Shown: piece after piece, positions 61,452 to 64,000 of the stretch
Layout of the letters: the number at the start of each line of letters is the position of its first letter
How positions within the stretch are numbered: the stretch's first letter is position 1
Position numbers and translations under genes: made by a program
DNA from: Candidatus Poribacteria bacterium
Lineage (GTDB): Bacteria > Poribacteria > WGA-4E > WGA-3G
Length of the DNA: 64,000 bases
Reading direction: 5' to 3'
Assembly: GCA_963667805.1 (NCBI GenBank)
Contig: OY764016.1
Coordinates: 4,458,998-4,522,997 of the forward strand
The notes under the pieces: model-generated
The model's input: the letters and a program-made list of their open reading frames with translations, nothing else
Told to the model about the DNA's origin: nothing
The model's database searches: none

Positions 61452-62855
61452 CTATTCGATCCATTGCATTGTTTCTCGGAGCTGTTCCTTTGCTTTGGCG
61501 TAATCTCGACGTGCCTGATAAAAAACACGTTGCGCCTCTGTAAATTGTGCTTGTGTTTGAAACGCATCGTTATAAGTCATATTTTGATACCCGGGTATTT
61601 CAACCGTGACTTCATCAAGCACACGTTCTATTGTGCGTAACCTTTGCTCAAAAATTCTCACGCGTGTTTCTTCGATCTCCGCCCGTTCTTTGGCATTCGC
61701 CACGGCACGGTAAGCCCGTCGCACCTCTACACGGATTGACTTTGTTGTTTCGACGTATTCCAACTGAAGTCGTTCGAGTTCTGCGAGTTCTACGGCGCGA
61801 AGATGCTTCGTTTTGTTCCCATCGTATAACGGAATATTGAAGTTAAAACGCACTTCCCACCCATCTTGTGTCCGCGGACGGGTTTGAAAGATACTGGATG
61901 TATCTCGTTCCCGATCGAGTATCACTGGATCGTAGAGTGCCTTTGCATCCCACGTTTGCCCCCTGGCACCTACACTGGGTTCGTGTTGTTCCAGCAGCAC
62001 ATGAAGGTCTTTGTAACGTGCTTCAGCAGAGAGTTCGGGAAATCGGTTCCAGATTGTCTCTGCGGCGAGACGTTCTTGACGCACGATATTGCCTTGTAAG
62101 TCGCGTAAATCGAGATTGTTTGCGAGTGCGAGTTCAACTGCATTCTCTAATGTCAGGTCGTCCTCAGGGAGTGGGTGTGACAGCGTAACTTGCGCCAGCG
62201 GATCAAGTCCGGTAAGGCGGATGAGTTCCGCGGTGTCTACATCCAGTCTGCGCTGCAGCTCATTGAGGGCAAGCTGCTGCTCGGAGAGTTCAAGTTCCGT
62301 ATTGAGGCGGCTAAGGAAAGGGATCCGTTTTTCTGCGTGTTTGATTTGTGTGCCTTTCAGTTTTTTATTCAGTTCGACCTCGATCGCACGACGTTCCTGA
62401 ATCTCTTCCTGTGTCAGGACGATGTTGTTCCAAAGATTGCGGACATCGTGAACGCTCTGCTTTTTCGAGCGTTCATATTCAATCTCTGCCTTACGGACAT
62501 CTTCCTGTGCGGCGTCAAGACCTTCGGGGATTTCGCCAAATTGGACAAGGAGCATACTCGCTTGTGCGCGGGTGAGATAGTCTCTGTCATCAATATCGCC
62601 ATCTTTTTGGCGTTGATATTCACCGGTGACCCCCACCTGTGGTAGGTAAATGGCTTTGGACACTCGGAGGTTCGCTTTGGCGCGTTCCACCACTTTTTCT
62701 GCCTTTTTCACGGCTTCATTGTTCTGTAGCGCGAGTTCGATGGCGCGTGCTGGCTGAAGTATGACCAGCCGCTGCCCTGAGACGACGCTCCCAATGGTAA
62801 AGAATAGGCAGATCGCTAATATTTTTGTTAACCTCTTGTTCACTACTATCTCCAT
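61452..62855 (-). CDS. TolC-family outer-membrane efflux protein
   Basis: Signal peptide. The two-repeat OEP architecture is present (ALELALANNLDLR..., ...VELAELERLQLEYVETTKSIRVEVRRAYRA). Confidence 0.75.
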   Translation of the reverse strand: MEIVVNKRLTKILAICLFFTIGSVVSGQRLVILQPARAIELALQNNEAVKKAEKVVERAKANLRVSKAIYLPQVGVTGEYQRQKDGDIDDRDYLTRAQASMLLVQFGEIPEGLDAAQEDVRKAEIEYERSKKQSVHDVRNLWNNIVLTQEEIQERRAIEVELNKKLKGTQIKHAEKRIPFLSRLNTELELSEQQLALNELQRRLDVDTAELIRLTGLDPLAQVTLSHPLPEDDLTLENAVELALANNLDLRDLQGNIVRQERLAAETIWNRFPELSAEARYKDLHVLLEQHEPSVGARGQTWDAKALYDPVILDRERDTSSIFQTRPRTQDGWEVRFNFNIPLYDGNKTKHLRAVELAELERLQLEYVETTKSIRVEVRRAYRAVANAKERAEIEETRVRIFEQRLRTIERVLDEVTVEIPGYQNMTYNDAFQTQAQFTEAQRVFYQARRDYAKAKEQLRETMQWIE

Positions 62856-62985
62856 TTTAATAGTTATCAGTTAACAGTTATCAGTTAAAGCGGGTGTTTC
62901 CCTGCGATAGTTCTAACGCCTCTTGGAACTGATAACCGACCACTGAGAGGAAAACCCGAAGGGTTTCCGGACTGACGGTTATTCT

Positions 62986-64000
62986 TCAACGCCGACTAAT
63001 ACGGACTGTGACAATAACAATCCCAATCATCAAGAGTATCAAGGCACCGAACAGGAGCGTCGTCACCGACATTTGCGTCTGAGACTCGACTTGCACCGTT
63101 ATTGAACGGTCGCGTGCCTCAAACTTACGGTTGTCGACAGTGACTTCTGCGTTCAACTTCGCTTGGTATTCACCCACGCCGATGTCCACAGGTGGACTCA
63201 GCGTCAGTTGAATGTCTGTCTCCTCGTTTCGTTCCAATGCGCCGACAACTTCAGGGATAACGGTGTATTTCCAATCCGTGTTGACATCGACAAGCATACG
63301 AATGTCCACGAGGTCGCGAGTGCCTATGTTCTTTAGCGTCGCTGTCATGTTGACTTCTTCGCCTATCTTGATCGTCTGGAAGGCGTTCGGCACGAATACC
63401 TCAATCTCCGGCACACCCTTTGGAATCAATTCAAACCGCTCGACACCGCCCTGTATACTCGCAATCCTATCGGCAGGTAAATCCAAGCGATTGTTGACAC
63501 CCCCGAGTTCATTTGCCTCCGCCTCATCAATCACAGCTACATAGAACTCAAGCGTGTTATCGAGGTAGGACGCATCCAGTTCCTCCGGGAGATAGACAAT
63601 CAATGACAGATTCCGCTTTGACTGTTCCTGCGTAAATTTCACCTGAGACTGCCGAGATGTCGTCTCTGGGTCTTGGAATTCAAAGGAGAGACGGTTGAGG
63701 AGGTTAATGACGCGGAGTTGGAAGGTGTTCTCCGTTTCTGCCAACCGATCGAGCGTCAAATCGTAGGTGACACTGCTTCCCAAGTTCCCTTCCTGTGAAA
63801 AGCGGAGCGAGCTGACGTTTACCACATCCAACGCAGATTCTTTTTGCAGATAGATGAGTCGCGTTTCGGGTTCGTCAAGTTCGGGGTAATCTAACGATAC
63901 CTTCAAACTCTCGACATCTTTCTGGAGTTGGAACGTCAATTCTGCGGTTTCATTGTAGCCAAGAACCGGGATCTTCTCTTCATACGGTTTAACGATGTTC
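62986..64000 (-). CDS. membrane-anchored protein with CARDB/DUF11-like beta-sandwich domain, 5'-truncated by the window end
   Basis: The reading frame stays open upstream of the track's TTG start to position 64000 (NIVKPYEEKIPVLGYNETAEL...). VNMTATLKNIGTRDLVDIRMLVDV is CARDB-like. A C-terminal TM helix TLLFGALILLMIGIVIVTV is present. Confidence 0.3.
   Translation of the reverse strand, partial: NIVKPYEEKIPVLGYNETAELTFQLQKDVESLKVSLDYPELDEPETRLIYLQKESALDVVNVSSLRFSQEGNLGSSVTYDLTLDRLAETENTFQLRVINLLNRLSFEFQDPETTSRQSQVKFTQEQSKRNLSLIVYLPEELDASYLDNTLEFYVAVIDEAEANELGGVNNRLDLPADRIASIQGGVERFELIPKGVPEIEVFVPNAFQTIKIGEEVNMTATLKNIGTRDLVDIRMLVDVNTDWKYTVIPEVVGALERNEETDIQLTLSPPVDIGVGEYQAKLNAEVTVDNRKFEARDRSITVQVESQTQMSVTTLLFGALILLMIGIVIVTVRISRR

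Noticed and set aside
61418-61567. N-terminal 50-codon extension of the ECF sigma ORF
   Set aside because: It overlaps the 3' end of the tolC-like gene. The ATG at 61417 is preceded by AAGGAG and gives a canonical sigma-70 region-2 start.

Overview
This 64-kb window is bacterial chromosomal DNA at about 50% GC, with dense coding on both strands and a mosaic, accessory-rich character. The organism is most likely an environmental lineage, possibly FCB-group-like, because one giant surface protein ends in a T9SS-type C-terminal sorting domain. Core-type genes are present: a pbpC-alpha-2-macroglobulin operon, ftsY, an EF-G paralogue, an ABC-F ATPase, two ECF sigma factors, a TolC-like channel, aldehyde dehydrogenase plus an MR/MLE enolase, and several oxidoreductases. 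The accessory layer is unusually rich. (1) A REP-associated tyrosine transposase (RAYT) sits between arrays of its own REP hairpins, and related REP copies occur at six or more other loci, including two in-frame inside the pbpC and A2M coding sequences. (2) An IS630-family element with TA duplications and an A9 slippery run has split an Rpn/YhgA-like nuclease gene; an intact paralogue lies 10 kb away. (3) A toxin-antitoxin islet contains hicBA, DUF488, and an AAA-ATPase+PD-(D/E)XK protein. (4) A surface-protein block has a lamin-tail-domain protein (preceded by heptanucleotide microsatellites) and a 1355-aa protein with Ig-like, YWTD-propeller, dockerin-like and T9SS-CTD modules. (5) Three adjacent secreted proteins plus the lamin-tail-domain (LTD) protein share an apparently novel extreme C-terminal tag, K-L-T-T-T-W-G-K-L-K-S. 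(6) A cytochrome-P460-like lipoprotein is followed by a Cyc2-like cytochrome-porin fusion with two CXXCH motifs and a beta-barrel ending in Phe. (7) There is an XPB-like helicase with a Bax1-like (DUF790) partner. (8) Three PhyH-family dioxygenase paralogues are present, one fused to HEAT repeats. (9) A conserved roughly 30-60-nt leader carrying the Shine-Dalgarno (SD) sequence is repeated upstream of four consecutive genes. No rRNA, CRISPR array or convincing tRNA was seen by eye. All calls are from reading the sequence and the ORF translations; no database search was run.
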